Notes under the pieces: model-generated
The model's input: only the letters and a program-made list of their open reading frames with translations
Database searches by the model: none
Told to the model about the DNA's origin: nothing
Source of the DNA: Candidatus Latescibacterota bacterium
GTDB lineage: Bacteria > Latescibacterota > UBA2968 > UBA8231
Assembly (NCBI GenBank): GCA_965223905.1
Contig: CBDCXV010000002.1
Coordinates: 576,001-640,000 of the forward strand
DNA length: 64,000 nucleotides
Direction of reading: 5' to 3'
Translations under genes and position numbers: made by a program
Shown: positions 47,691-56,024 of the stretch, one piece after another
Layout: the number at the start of each line of letters is the position of its first letter
How positions within the stretch are numbered: position 1 is the stretch's first letter

Positions 47691-48548
47691 TCAGCGCGGT
47701 TCCCCGGGCCCGCCGCCGTGCCGGGTCTCGTTCTCCCAGCGCCGGTACATCTCGGGCCGGCGGTAGTGGCGGAAGAACATGGTCGTGTCCCTGCGGCTGT
47801 CCGCCAGCGCCGAGGCGCTCAGGTCGGCGACGATCATCTCCTCTTCGCTGCCGCTGCGCACCTCGGCGATGACGGCTCCGAGGGGATCGCAGATGAAGGT
47901 CACGCCCGCGAAGGTGCGGCCCGCCCCGTTGTCGCCGACGTGGTTGCAGATGGCGACGTAGAGGTTGTTGTCGTACGCACGGGCGGGAACGTAGCGCATC
48001 CAGCGGGCCCGCTTTTCCACAGGGGTCTCCAGCGGCGAGGCATGGGGCAGGAAGATCACTTCCGCCCCCTTCTCCGCGAGCAGGGTGCTCAACTCGGGGA
48101 AGTGGGAATCGTAGCAGATCTCGATGCCGTAGCGGGCCCTGGGATGGTCGAACACCGGAAGGTCGTCGCCGTGGCGCCAGGTGCCGATCTCGAGATCGGG
48201 GACGTGCGTCTTGCGGTAGTGGCCGGCGTACCCCTCGGGGCCGCAGACGACCTGGGTGTTGTAGACGATGCCGCTGGCGTCCCGTTCGAGGAAGCCGGCG
48301 AGCAGGGTGATCCGGCAGTTGCGGGAGATCTCCTCGAGCCTGCGCAGGGATTCCCCTTGAAGCGGCTCGGGCTCCGGCGTCGAGGTGTCGCCGGCGTTGT
48401 ACCCGCACACGCAGAGCTCGGGAAAGCAGGCGATGTCGACGTTTTGCGCCGCGGCCTCTTCTGCGAAGCGCTGAATGGTTGCCAGGTTGCGTTCGTGTGC
48501 CGCGACGCGGCAGTTCATCTGCACCGCGGCTATGCGCAGGTTCTGCAT
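47691..48548 (-). CDS. Carbon-nitrogen hydrolase (nitrilase family)
   Basis: FPE, YRKTH, ICYD..FPE (E-K-C triad), RAYDN. Confidence 0.92.
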   Translation of the reverse strand: MQNLRIAAVQMNCRVAAHERNLATIQRFAEEAAAQNVDIACFPELCVCGYNAGDTSTPEPEPLQGESLRRLEEISRNCRITLLAGFLERDASGIVYNTQVVCGPEGYAGHYRKTHVPDLEIGTWRHGDDLPVFDHPRARYGIEICYDSHFPELSTLLAEKGAEVIFLPHASPLETPVEKRARWMRYVPARAYDNNLYVAICNHVGDNGAGRTFAGVTFICDPLGAVIAEVRSGSEEEMIVADLSASALADSRRDTTMFFRHYRRPEMYRRWENETRHGGGPGEPR

Positions 48549-48572
48549 CGGATCGGTCCTCCTCTTTGGTGG

Positions 48573-48980
48573 TCAGCGGGCGGGCCAAAGCTCGAGTGGC
48601 GTCCACTTCGCCATGTGGTTGAAGTCGAGGTCGGTCGCCAGCATGACCAGTTTATAGCGAATACAGATCTGGGCGAGAAGCGCGTCGATGGTTCCGATCT
48701 GAATGCCGTGCCGGCGGCACTTGTTGCGCAAGGCTGCTGCGTCAATGTAGTCGTCACGGGCGGGGGAAATCATGGCGAGCGCCTCGAACCGTTCGATGAT
48801 CCCCGCCCTGGCTCGCGGTCCTGAAAAGCCCTGCAACAACTCCTGCAAGACGATCCCGGTCGTGTAAACCGGTTCGCCGCTGCCGAGCCCCTCCCGCAGG
48901 CGCTGCACCTCTGCCCCTTCCGGTGCCGTATCCCGTCTCAAGGCCAGCGACCAGACGCTCGTGTCCACAAACAACGTCAC
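48573..48980 (-). CDS. vapC: VapC PIN-domain toxin
   Basis: VDTSVW, ELLQG, IDALLA, TD.DF. Confidence 0.92.
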   Translation of the reverse strand: MTLFVDTSVWSLALRRDTAPEGAEVQRLREGLGSGEPVYTTGIVLQELLQGFSGPRARAGIIERFEALAMISPARDDYIDAAALRNKCRRHGIQIGTIDALLAQICIRYKLVMLATDLDFNHMAKWTPLELWPAR

Positions 48981-49177
48981 CCACGGCTCCGTTCGCGTTT
49001 GTAGTCGAAGCCCTCGTCCCAGTCGAGTTTTCCAAAAAGATCCAGGAGCCGTTCCTGCTCCCGGCGTGCGATGAACTCCCGCAAGGCGCGGTTGACAGTC
49101 GCCTTCTTCGTCTTCTCGCCGCCGATCTCCAACGCCTTTTCGAGCAGCATTGGGTCTATCGCCAGGTTTGTCGCCAT
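48977..49177 (-). CDS. vapB: VapB-type antitoxin
   Basis: MATNLAID..LL..A...TKKATVN.AL.EFI; GTGA overlap with vapC. Confidence 0.9.
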   Translation of the reverse strand: MATNLAIDPMLLEKALEIGGEKTKKATVNRALREFIARREQERLLDLFGKLDWDEGFDYKRERSRG

Positions 49178-49402
49178 TGTGTTACCTCCGACACATGGAA
49201 TAACACATAACTAACCCCCGGCCGGTGACGCGGACAAGGGCATGCGGCAGCCGGGCCCGAGCTGCTGGCCGGTTCGGGCTCGGGTTTGCCGCAACCAGGC
49301 CAGGCCGATCCCGGCCCGAGGAGACTGGCTTACCCGAAGGATGTCGGTCAGGTGATGGTATAGGATGGAGTACGTCCTATTTTTTGTTTCCAGGAGAAAG
49401 CC

Positions 49403-50197
49403 ATGACCACTTCCAGCGCCATCCAGCAACAGTTCCGGACCGACGGTTTTTACCTCGCCGCGGAGCCCGTTCTGCCTGGCGGCATCGTGCAGGCCGCTGT
49501 CGCCGGCATGGACGCGGTGCGCGAGGGCCGCTACGACGCCGGCCAGCCTCCCCCGCCCTCGCACTGGAATCCGGGCGACGATCCCGGCGAGCTGTGCAAG
49601 ATAGAGCTGCCCCAGCAGGCCGATCTCGGCATCCGCGCCCTGGTCAGCCATCCCGACCTGGGCCATTGGGCCGCCCGCGTCACCGGCGCCCGCAGGGTGC
49701 AGGTCTGGTGGACGCAACTGCTCTACAAGCCGCCCCAACCCGCCGAAGGGGAGGCCGAGCTCAACATCGGCTGGCACCAGGACCGGCACTACTGGAGGGC
49801 GTGGGAGGAGGGCAGCGAGCTGTTCACCGCCTGGGTGGCCTTGAGCGACGTGACCGCGGATGCCGGCCCCATGCGCTTCGTGCGGGGTTCGCACCGGTGG
49901 GGCCTGTTGGACGACGGCGGTTTCTACCGCCAGGACCTCGACGACCAGCGCGAGGCCATTCCCGTGCCTGCCGGCCGATCCTGGGAGGAGGTGCCCGCCC
50001 TTCTCCCGCAGGGGGGCGCCAGCTTCCACCACTGCCTCACCTTCCACGGCAGCGGTCCCAACCGCTCGGCCGGTCCCAGGCGCAGCCTCGCCATCCACAT
50101 GCGCACGGAACAGTCCGCCCCGGTGGGGGACCGCCGCGAGGGCCTCACCGCGTTTTTGGACGATCCCGAGCGCAACCCCGTCATCTTCTGCGAATAG
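49403..50197 (+). CDS. PhyH-family 2OG-Fe(II) dioxygenase
   Basis: WHQD, W.AL.D, GPM.FV.GSH, HGSGPN.S..PRR. Confidence 0.92.
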   Translation: MTTSSAIQQQFRTDGFYLAAEPVLPGGIVQAAVAGMDAVREGRYDAGQPPPPSHWNPGDDPGELCKIELPQQADLGIRALVSHPDLGHWAARVTGARRVQVWWTQLLYKPPQPAEGEAELNIGWHQDRHYWRAWEEGSELFTAWVALSDVTADAGPMRFVRGSHRWGLLDDGGFYRQDLDDQREAIPVPAGRSWEEVPALLPQGGASFHHCLTFHGSGPNRSAGPRRSLAIHMRTEQSAPVGDRREGLTAFLDDPERNPVIFCE

Positions 50198-50200
50198 CAC

Positions 50201-50947
50201 GTGGACCCCGTCCTCGGACAGCTGGGTCTGGAGCCGAGCACCCTGCCCCGGCGCCACCTGGAGGAACTGGACCGGAAGGGGTTCACCATTCTGCCCGGTA
50301 TCATCGACCCGGCCTGGCGCGCCGAGCTGGCCAGGGCATTCGACCGCCTGTCCGAGGAGGAAGGGGACCGCGCCGGCAGCGAAGTGGGGCTGGCGCCCGG
50401 AGTGCGACGCCTGGCCGACCTGGCAAACAAGGGGGAGGTGTTCGACCGCATCTATCTCCACCCGGCACTGTTGCGGGCGGTCTGGCACGTCCTGAAGCGC
50501 CCCTTCAAGCTGCACTCGCTCAATGGCCACGACCCTCTGCCGGGCCAGGGACAGCAGCACTTGCACACGGACTGGGGCGGCGACCGGACCGTCTTTCACG
50601 TGGTCAATTCCATGTGGATGCTCGACGAATTCACCGCCGACAACGGCGCCACCCGCGTAGTGCCGGGAACCCATCTGCTGCCCGAAAAGATCGATGCCTA
50701 CGTCGAGGACCGGACGGCTCCCCGGGAGGGCGAAGTCCAGCTGATCGCCCCGGCCGGATCGGTGGGCATCTTCAACGGCAGCTTGTGGCACAGCTGCAGC
50801 CACAACCGGACGACGGCCAGGCGGCGCACCCTGCACTGCGCCTTCATCGCCCGCGAGCACCCGCAGCAGACCGACCAGAAGAAGTACCTGCGCCCGGAGA
50901 CCGCCCGGCGCCTCGGTCCGCTGGCCCGCTACGTTCTGGATGTGTGA
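50201..50947 (+). CDS. PhyH-family dioxygenase
   Basis: LHTD, FTADNGATRVVPGTH, WH...N.T...RR. Confidence 0.9.
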   Translation: MDPVLGQLGLEPSTLPRRHLEELDRKGFTILPGIIDPAWRAELARAFDRLSEEEGDRAGSEVGLAPGVRRLADLANKGEVFDRIYLHPALLRAVWHVLKRPFKLHSLNGHDPLPGQGQQHLHTDWGGDRTVFHVVNSMWMLDEFTADNGATRVVPGTHLLPEKIDAYVEDRTAPREGEVQLIAPAGSVGIFNGSLWHSCSHNRTTARRRTLHCAFIAREHPQQTDQKKYLRPETARRLGPLARYVLDV

Positions 50948-51018
50948 GCCTGTTCTTCAGCGAGTGTTGAAACGCTGACAGGCCAGCGGCCCTGCATACC
51001 GGTGAAGGACAGCACCCC

Positions 51019-52143
51019 TTACAGGGACAAACGCGCCCAGCGCACCTCCATGCAGGCGTCGTCGCCGGCGTAATAGACGACCATGACGTCGCCGTCCGGC
51101 AGGGCCGCGGAAAAAGGCAGCCCGAAACTCCACAGGCCCATTTCCGCCAGCAGGTCGCCGGTGTCCCCCAGGCCGGCAGCGGTCTGGTCGCCGCCGCCGG
51201 TCTGGCGGTACAGCTCCACCTCGGTGGCCGCCCCGAAAGGGGCGTCCGCGGCCGCTGCCAGGCGGGCCCGGATCGAGCGCGACCCGAAGCGGTCGACCCA
51301 GGCCAGGACCGCGCGGCCGTCGGGCAGGATGGCCGGATGGGCCGCCTGGTCGGCGAAACCGAGATCCTCGGGGGCGGACCAGGTGGCCCCCTCGTCCGTG
51401 CTCAGGCGCCGCTGGATGTTGAGGTAGCGGGTCGTCTGCCGGTCGTAGGTCCAGGTGAAGGTGGCCAGGCGGCCGTCGGGGAAGACCCCGGCGCGCTGGT
51501 CCCAGTGGAAGATGCGGCCGGCCGGGTCCTGGCAGGTGGTGACCGGATCGCTCCAGGTCAGGCCCTGGTCTTCGGAGTACAGATACACCACCCGCTGCAG
51601 CCAGGGACCGCGGTCCCGGTAGGTCTTGTTGGTCTCGATGCTCAGGGCCAGGCGGCCGCTCGGCAGAACGAGCACGGGGTTGGTGAGACTGGGCGGGCCG
51701 ACGTCCGCGGGGACCGGCACGGGGCGCCATCCGGACCAGGTGCGCCCCAGGTCGTGGGAATCGGCCACGACCATCTCAGTGGGAATGCAGCCCTCGGTCT
51801 CCTCGTTGAAGAGGGGTTGCCCCGGATAGGTCTGGCGGTCGACCCACATGGCGGCAAGCAACAGGCGGCTGTTGCCCAGGTCGGTGATGTAGCCGACCCG
51901 GAGCGAGCCGTTCATCCCGTTCAGGGTCGTGGCGAAAGGGGTTTCGGGTGCGCCCCAGGATTTCCCGCCGTCGTCCGAACGCCTCAACTCGACGGTGCCG
52001 TCCGCCGAGTCCTTGCTGCTGCCGACGCGGTAGCTGGCCAGCAGCGAGCCGTCGGCCAGGGGGGTCAGGGCGGGGAAGGTCGAATAGGCGCGCCGAGTTC
52101 CCGGCTGGCCGCGGTTGATACTGCCTCGATCGCTGATTTCCAT
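51019..52143 (-). CDS. BNR/sialidase-family protein
   Basis: Asp boxes SDDGGKSW, SHDLGRTW, SEDQGLTW, STDEGATW. Confidence 0.85.
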   Translation of the reverse strand: MEISDRGSINRGQPGTRRAYSTFPALTPLADGSLLASYRVGSSKDSADGTVELRRSDDGGKSWGAPETPFATTLNGMNGSLRVGYITDLGNSRLLLAAMWVDRQTYPGQPLFNEETEGCIPTEMVVADSHDLGRTWSGWRPVPVPADVGPPSLTNPVLVLPSGRLALSIETNKTYRDRGPWLQRVVYLYSEDQGLTWSDPVTTCQDPAGRIFHWDQRAGVFPDGRLATFTWTYDRQTTRYLNIQRRLSTDEGATWSAPEDLGFADQAAHPAILPDGRAVLAWVDRFGSRSIRARLAAAADAPFGAATEVELYRQTGGGDQTAAGLGDTGDLLAEMGLWSFGLPFSAALPDGDVMVVYYAGDDACMEVRWARLSL

Positions 52144-52509
52144 TTTGATCTCCCAGGTTCGGGCGCTCCCTCGATGCCGGCATGGTTTCCATCCGCTGCA
52201 GCTGCCATCCCCCGGGCAAGGCGGCGCGGCCGGGGAAAGTGCGGGGGCAGGTGGGGCCGCGGCAGGAGGGGAATGACTGAATATAGCTCCGACCGAAGCT
52301 GCGTTCGCCGGGATGCCCCGCACTGACAGTCCCTTGAAAAAGTCCATCTGGGCCGCGGCCCGCCCTGACGGTCGACCGCAATGACTCGGCCTCGCCTGCA
52401 GAGCAATTTAATCAACGGGCTGCCAAGGGGAACGAGCATATGCCGCAGGCTCGGAGCTGGCTCGCAGGCAATGTCCCTGTGGACAGGTTTGCAGGCGTCG
52501 TCTTGTTTC

Positions 52510-52538
52510 TTGACATGAAATTTTCATGTTTTCATCTT
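52510..52538 (+). promoter_or_regulatory. Sigma70 promoter with overlapping palindromic operator (TA autoregulation)
   Basis: TTGACA-N17-CATCTT; ACATGAAA-T-TTTCATGT at 52513-52529. Confidence 0.75.
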
Positions 52539-52544
52539 AATCGC

Positions 52545-52820
52545 ATGTCCACAATGATTCAGATTCGCAACGTCCCGGAACTCATGCATCGCCGCCTGAA
52601 AGCGCGCGCCGCGATGGAGGGTGTCTCCATGTCGCAGTACGTGATGTGGGCGATCGAGCGGGCGCTGGAGCGGCCGAGCCGGAAGGAACTGCTTGCGGCT
52701 ATCCGCCGGCAGCCCGAGTCGGCTCTCGAACCATCGCCGGCCGACCTGCTCGGCGCGGAACGGGACGCCCGCGGCGACGCGAGCGTCAACGACGAGGATT
52801 CCGGCGAGCGAGAGCGGTAG
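52545..52820 (+). CDS. FitA-like ribbon-helix-helix antitoxin
   Basis: IQIRNVP..MHRRLKARAA.EG.SMS.Y. Confidence 0.85.
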   Translation: MSTMIQIRNVPELMHRRLKARAAMEGVSMSQYVMWAIERALERPSRKELLAAIRRQPESALEPSPADLLGAERDARGDASVNDEDSGERER

Positions 52821-52826
52821 GCACCG

Positions 52827-53219
52827 TTGCTGGTTCTCGATGCCTCGGCTGCGGTCGAGTTGTTGCTGAATACGGCGTCGGGAAAGCGCGTCGCGAAGAG
52901 GGTGGAAAACCCCGCTGTCAGCATCCACGTACCCCACCTCATCGACGTGGAGATCGCTCACGTACTCCGGCGCTACGCCCTGCGAGGAACGTTGAGCGCC
53001 GCACGTGGAGAACTTGCCCTCGACCAATGGCGTGCCCTCGACGTCGAACGGTACCCGCACGAGTTGTTCCTCGACCGGATCTGGCAGCTTCGCGACAACG
53101 TCAGCGCTTACGACGCGGTGTACGTCGCGCTGGCCGAGGCGCTCGGGGCGGTGCTCGTGACCGGCGACCGCCGGCTGGCCGGCGCCCCGGGCCTGGGTAT
53201 CCGCATCGAGCCGGCATGA
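52827..53219 (+). CDS. vapC: VapC PIN-domain toxin
   Basis: VLDAS, PHLIDVE, YDAVYVALAE, T.D.RL. Confidence 0.92.
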   Translation: MLVLDASAAVELLLNTASGKRVAKRVENPAVSIHVPHLIDVEIAHVLRRYALRGTLSAARGELALDQWRALDVERYPHELFLDRIWQLRDNVSAYDAVYVALAEALGAVLVTGDRRLAGAPGLGIRIEPA

Positions 53220-53416
53220 TGGGGCCGCGGCGGCATCCGGGTCCCACCGGGTTTCCCCTGGCAGAAGCCCTGCGCAGTAGCTCGGGGGCGGACGGTTCCA
53301 CCCTTTAACGGCCGCTACACATCCGAGGGGGGTCAGCCGGGAGGGATAGTGGAAGAATCGACCATGACATCAAGGCACAGGGGGGGTGCTGGTTGCCCGA
53401 AGATTATCGCGCCTGA

Positions 53417-53455
53417 GCCGAGGCTGCGGCGAACCTCGGAGCCGGATGGGTGAGC
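53417..53455. repeat. Short hairpin-forming repeat, second copy at 54372-54413
   Basis: Exact 25-nt core GCGGCGAACCTCGGAGCCGGATGGG in both copies. Confidence 0.8.
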
Positions 53456-53462
53456 CTGGAGG

Positions 53463-54317
53463 CTATCCGGGGTAGTCGTACTTCCGGTTGCGGCTGATGT
53501 AGTCGATCTGCCCGTCCACGAATTCCGCTACCGTCTCCAGCGCGCTGTCCGTAAACAGCCCTTCCGTCCCCCTGGGAAACAGCAGCGGTTTCTCCGTGTG
53601 CCACCAGCGCACCCAGTGGATCATGGCGATCATCGGGCGTGGCTGGCCGGTGAGGTTGGGCATGCCGCGGTGCCAGAGGCGCATGTCGCGGATCAGCACG
53701 CTGCCGGCCGGCAGCGTCGGCTGCAGGGGCTGGTGCAGATCGCGCAGGCGCTCTTCGGTTGCGGGCGAAAACTTGATGTCGGCGTCGCCGATGGCGCGGG
53801 TGGTGTCGAGGTGAGTGCCGGGCCAGAGCTCGGTGCTGCCGTTTTCCGGGGTGGAGTCGACGACCGGCACGTTGACGACGAGGCCGTAGGCCGGCGTCGC
53901 TGCCTCGAGGTCCGGCCAGAGCTGGCCCGCGTCGACGTGGAGCGGTTGCCGGGTGGTGTTGGGCAGGCAGGTGTTGCCGCTGTAGAAGGCGTTCTTGACC
54001 CCGTCGCCGAGAACCGCCCGCGTCACCTCGACGACCAGGTCGTTGACCAGCACGTCGCCGAAGAGATAGGGCGGGAAGGGAGGCGGGTCCTGCTGCAGGT
54101 GGCCGCCGTTGAACTGGTAGGGGACGTCGGCCAGGGCGAGGATCTTCTCGACGTCGGCGAGCATGCGCTCGCGCAGCGTTCCGATGTGGGCGGGTTCGAT
54201 GGCGCCGTGGAGGAGGACGAAGCCATCCTCCTGCAGGGCGGTGACCGCCCGTTGCAGGTGCTCCGCTTTCAGTTTGCGCGAGTTGTGTTCGGCCGCGCTC
54301 AGTTCCAGTTCGGTCAT
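53463..54317 (-). CDS. PhyH-family dioxygenase, KanJ-like
   Basis: GHLQQDPP, YSGN..LP, QPLHVD, ENGSTELWPGTH, RD.RLWHRG.PN. Confidence 0.88.
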   Translation of the reverse strand: MTELELSAAEHNSRKLKAEHLQRAVTALQEDGFVLLHGAIEPAHIGTLRERMLADVEKILALADVPYQFNGGHLQQDPPPFPPYLFGDVLVNDLVVEVTRAVLGDGVKNAFYSGNTCLPNTTRQPLHVDAGQLWPDLEAATPAYGLVVNVPVVDSTPENGSTELWPGTHLDTTRAIGDADIKFSPATEERLRDLHQPLQPTLPAGSVLIRDMRLWHRGMPNLTGQPRPMIAMIHWVRWWHTEKPLLFPRGTEGLFTDSALETVAEFVDGQIDYISRNRKYDYPG

Positions 54318-54367
54318 GACATTCGGTTGCAGATTGTGATCGTTGGTTTGCCGGTGACTCGCAGGCG

Positions 54368-55297
54368 CTATGCCGAGGCCGGGGCGGCGAACCTCGGAGC
54401 CGGATGGGCGAGCTGCGGTTCCGCTGCCAGGTGCCGGTACACGTCGCCGCAGGAAGCCAGGGTCAGGCCGGCTTCGCGGGCGTGCTCCAGCAGCAGGTCG
54501 ATCTGCCCGGCCCCGCGGTCCACCCGGTGGATCGACCAGGGATGAAAGCAGGGAACGTAGGTGAGAAGCCCCCGGTCGCGGCAGTGCTCGATGCCCGGAG
54601 CGTAGGCTTCGTACACCTCGCGGGCGGTGGTGGGCATCCGCGCGGGGTAGCCCCAGGGCAGCGCCGGCGGCCATGCCGCGGTTGCCGGCTGGCCCGTGAG
54701 GATGTTGTCGTGCCAGGCGTGGGCGGATATCTCCAGCAGCTCCGGGAAGCCGTCGCCGTCGAACCAGAACGGCTGCGTCAGCGGCGCCGGGGCGGCGTTG
54801 TCCGCCTGCCAGCTCAGGGTGCGGACGTACCGGTAACCGGCTTCCCAAACCGCTTCGAGCAGCTCCGTTTCGCCGAGAAAGCCGTGCCCGTGGCCGCCCG
54901 GCGCCGTAAAGCCGGTCACCCCGCGTCCGAACAGGTCCTCTATGACGCGTTTGGAGTCGGCCAGCTCGTGGCGCATCGCCGCCGGATCGTCCCGGATCGC
55001 CAGCATGTTCCGGTGCGTGAAGCTGTGGGACTGCAGATCGAACAGGTCGTGATCGAGGATCTCCCGCAGGCGCGGTCCCGCGGCAACGGCGAGTCGGGCG
55101 ACGATGAAGAAAGTGGCCGGGGCCTGTCGACGCAGGTGCACCTCGGCCACCGCGCGCACCCCGTCGAGGCACTCGTCCAGGCGCGCCCCTTCGTAGCTGA
55201 CCACCTGCTGATAGCTCCTCGCGGAACCTGGGGTCTCCCCGAGCTCCCACCAGGGGAAGATTGCCTCGGTGTCGTATCCTGCTACGTAGAAAGTCAT
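54368..55297 (-). CDS. NodB-like polysaccharide deacetylase
   Basis: YDTE, ATFF, HSFTH, FTAPGG, FHPW. Confidence 0.8.
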   Translation of the reverse strand: MTFYVAGYDTEAIFPWWELGETPGSARSYQQVVSYEGARLDECLDGVRAVAEVHLRRQAPATFFIVARLAVAAGPRLREILDHDLFDLQSHSFTHRNMLAIRDDPAAMRHELADSKRVIEDLFGRGVTGFTAPGGHGHGFLGETELLEAVWEAGYRYVRTLSWQADNAAPAPLTQPFWFDGDGFPELLEISAHAWHDNILTGQPATAAWPPALPWGYPARMPTTAREVYEAYAPGIEHCRDRGLLTYVPCFHPWSIHRVDRGAGQIDLLLEHAREAGLTLASCGDVYRHLAAEPQLAHPAPRFAAPASA

Positions 55298-55359
55298 GGC
55301 GGCACCAACCCTACGCCGGTGCCGGGCGCCGGGCAAGGGGGTGGAGGTCTACAGGTCCG

Positions 55360-55500
55360 ATGACGATTTCGGAGCTTCGGGAAGTCCATGAGGACCACTG
55401 TTTCCTCCTCGGCGACACCCGGGACTACAGTACCGACAGCCGCACCCACGGCCCGGTCCGCGCGCCTTCCTGCGCGCCAAAGCGGGGATCGTGTACCTTT
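55360..55500 (+). pseudogene. Signal peptidase I C-terminal remnant
   Basis: FLLGDTRDYSTDSRTHGPV (box E). Confidence 0.55.
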
Positions 55501-55631
55501 CGGTCAGGGATGGATTTTCCGTCCGCTGGAACCGCTTCGGGCACCTTGTCCGCTGAATCCTCCACGTTTCCCGCATTCCAGGATTCCGGCGGTCCGAGGC
55601 CGAACTTCTATCCGCGCAGGCGACAAACCGC

Positions 55632-55933
55632 ATGACCACTCTACCTGATCACCCCGCCCCGCCGCCGAGCCCCGGCCGCGCGGGCAGCGCATCGGCCTGT
55701 GGCTCGGACCCCTGCTGTTCGCCCTCACCCTGCTGCTCGACCTCGAGCCCGGCAGGCCGGAGATCACGCGCATGGCCGCGGTGGCCCTGCTCATGGCCAC
55801 CTGGTGGATCACCGCCCCACGGCTTCCGGACCACCGGACTGGCCCGTTTCATCGGCGACGGTTTCAACGGGCTCGGCTCGGTGCCGCCACTCCTCCTCAT
55901 CCTCGGCATCTGCCTGACGATCACCTTCCTCAC
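55632..55933 (+). pseudogene. Internally deleted copy of the SLC13/DASS transporter gene at 58488
   Basis: DNA matches ~58545-58673 joined directly to ~59603-59722. Confidence 0.9.
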
Positions 55934-56024
55934 TACAATCCCTGCGTCCTTGTTTTTTCGCGGTTATGGTTCTCGCGTTGCTTTTTTTGATCCCGGACAA
56001 GGCACGCCTTAAGGAGGTTGAAAA

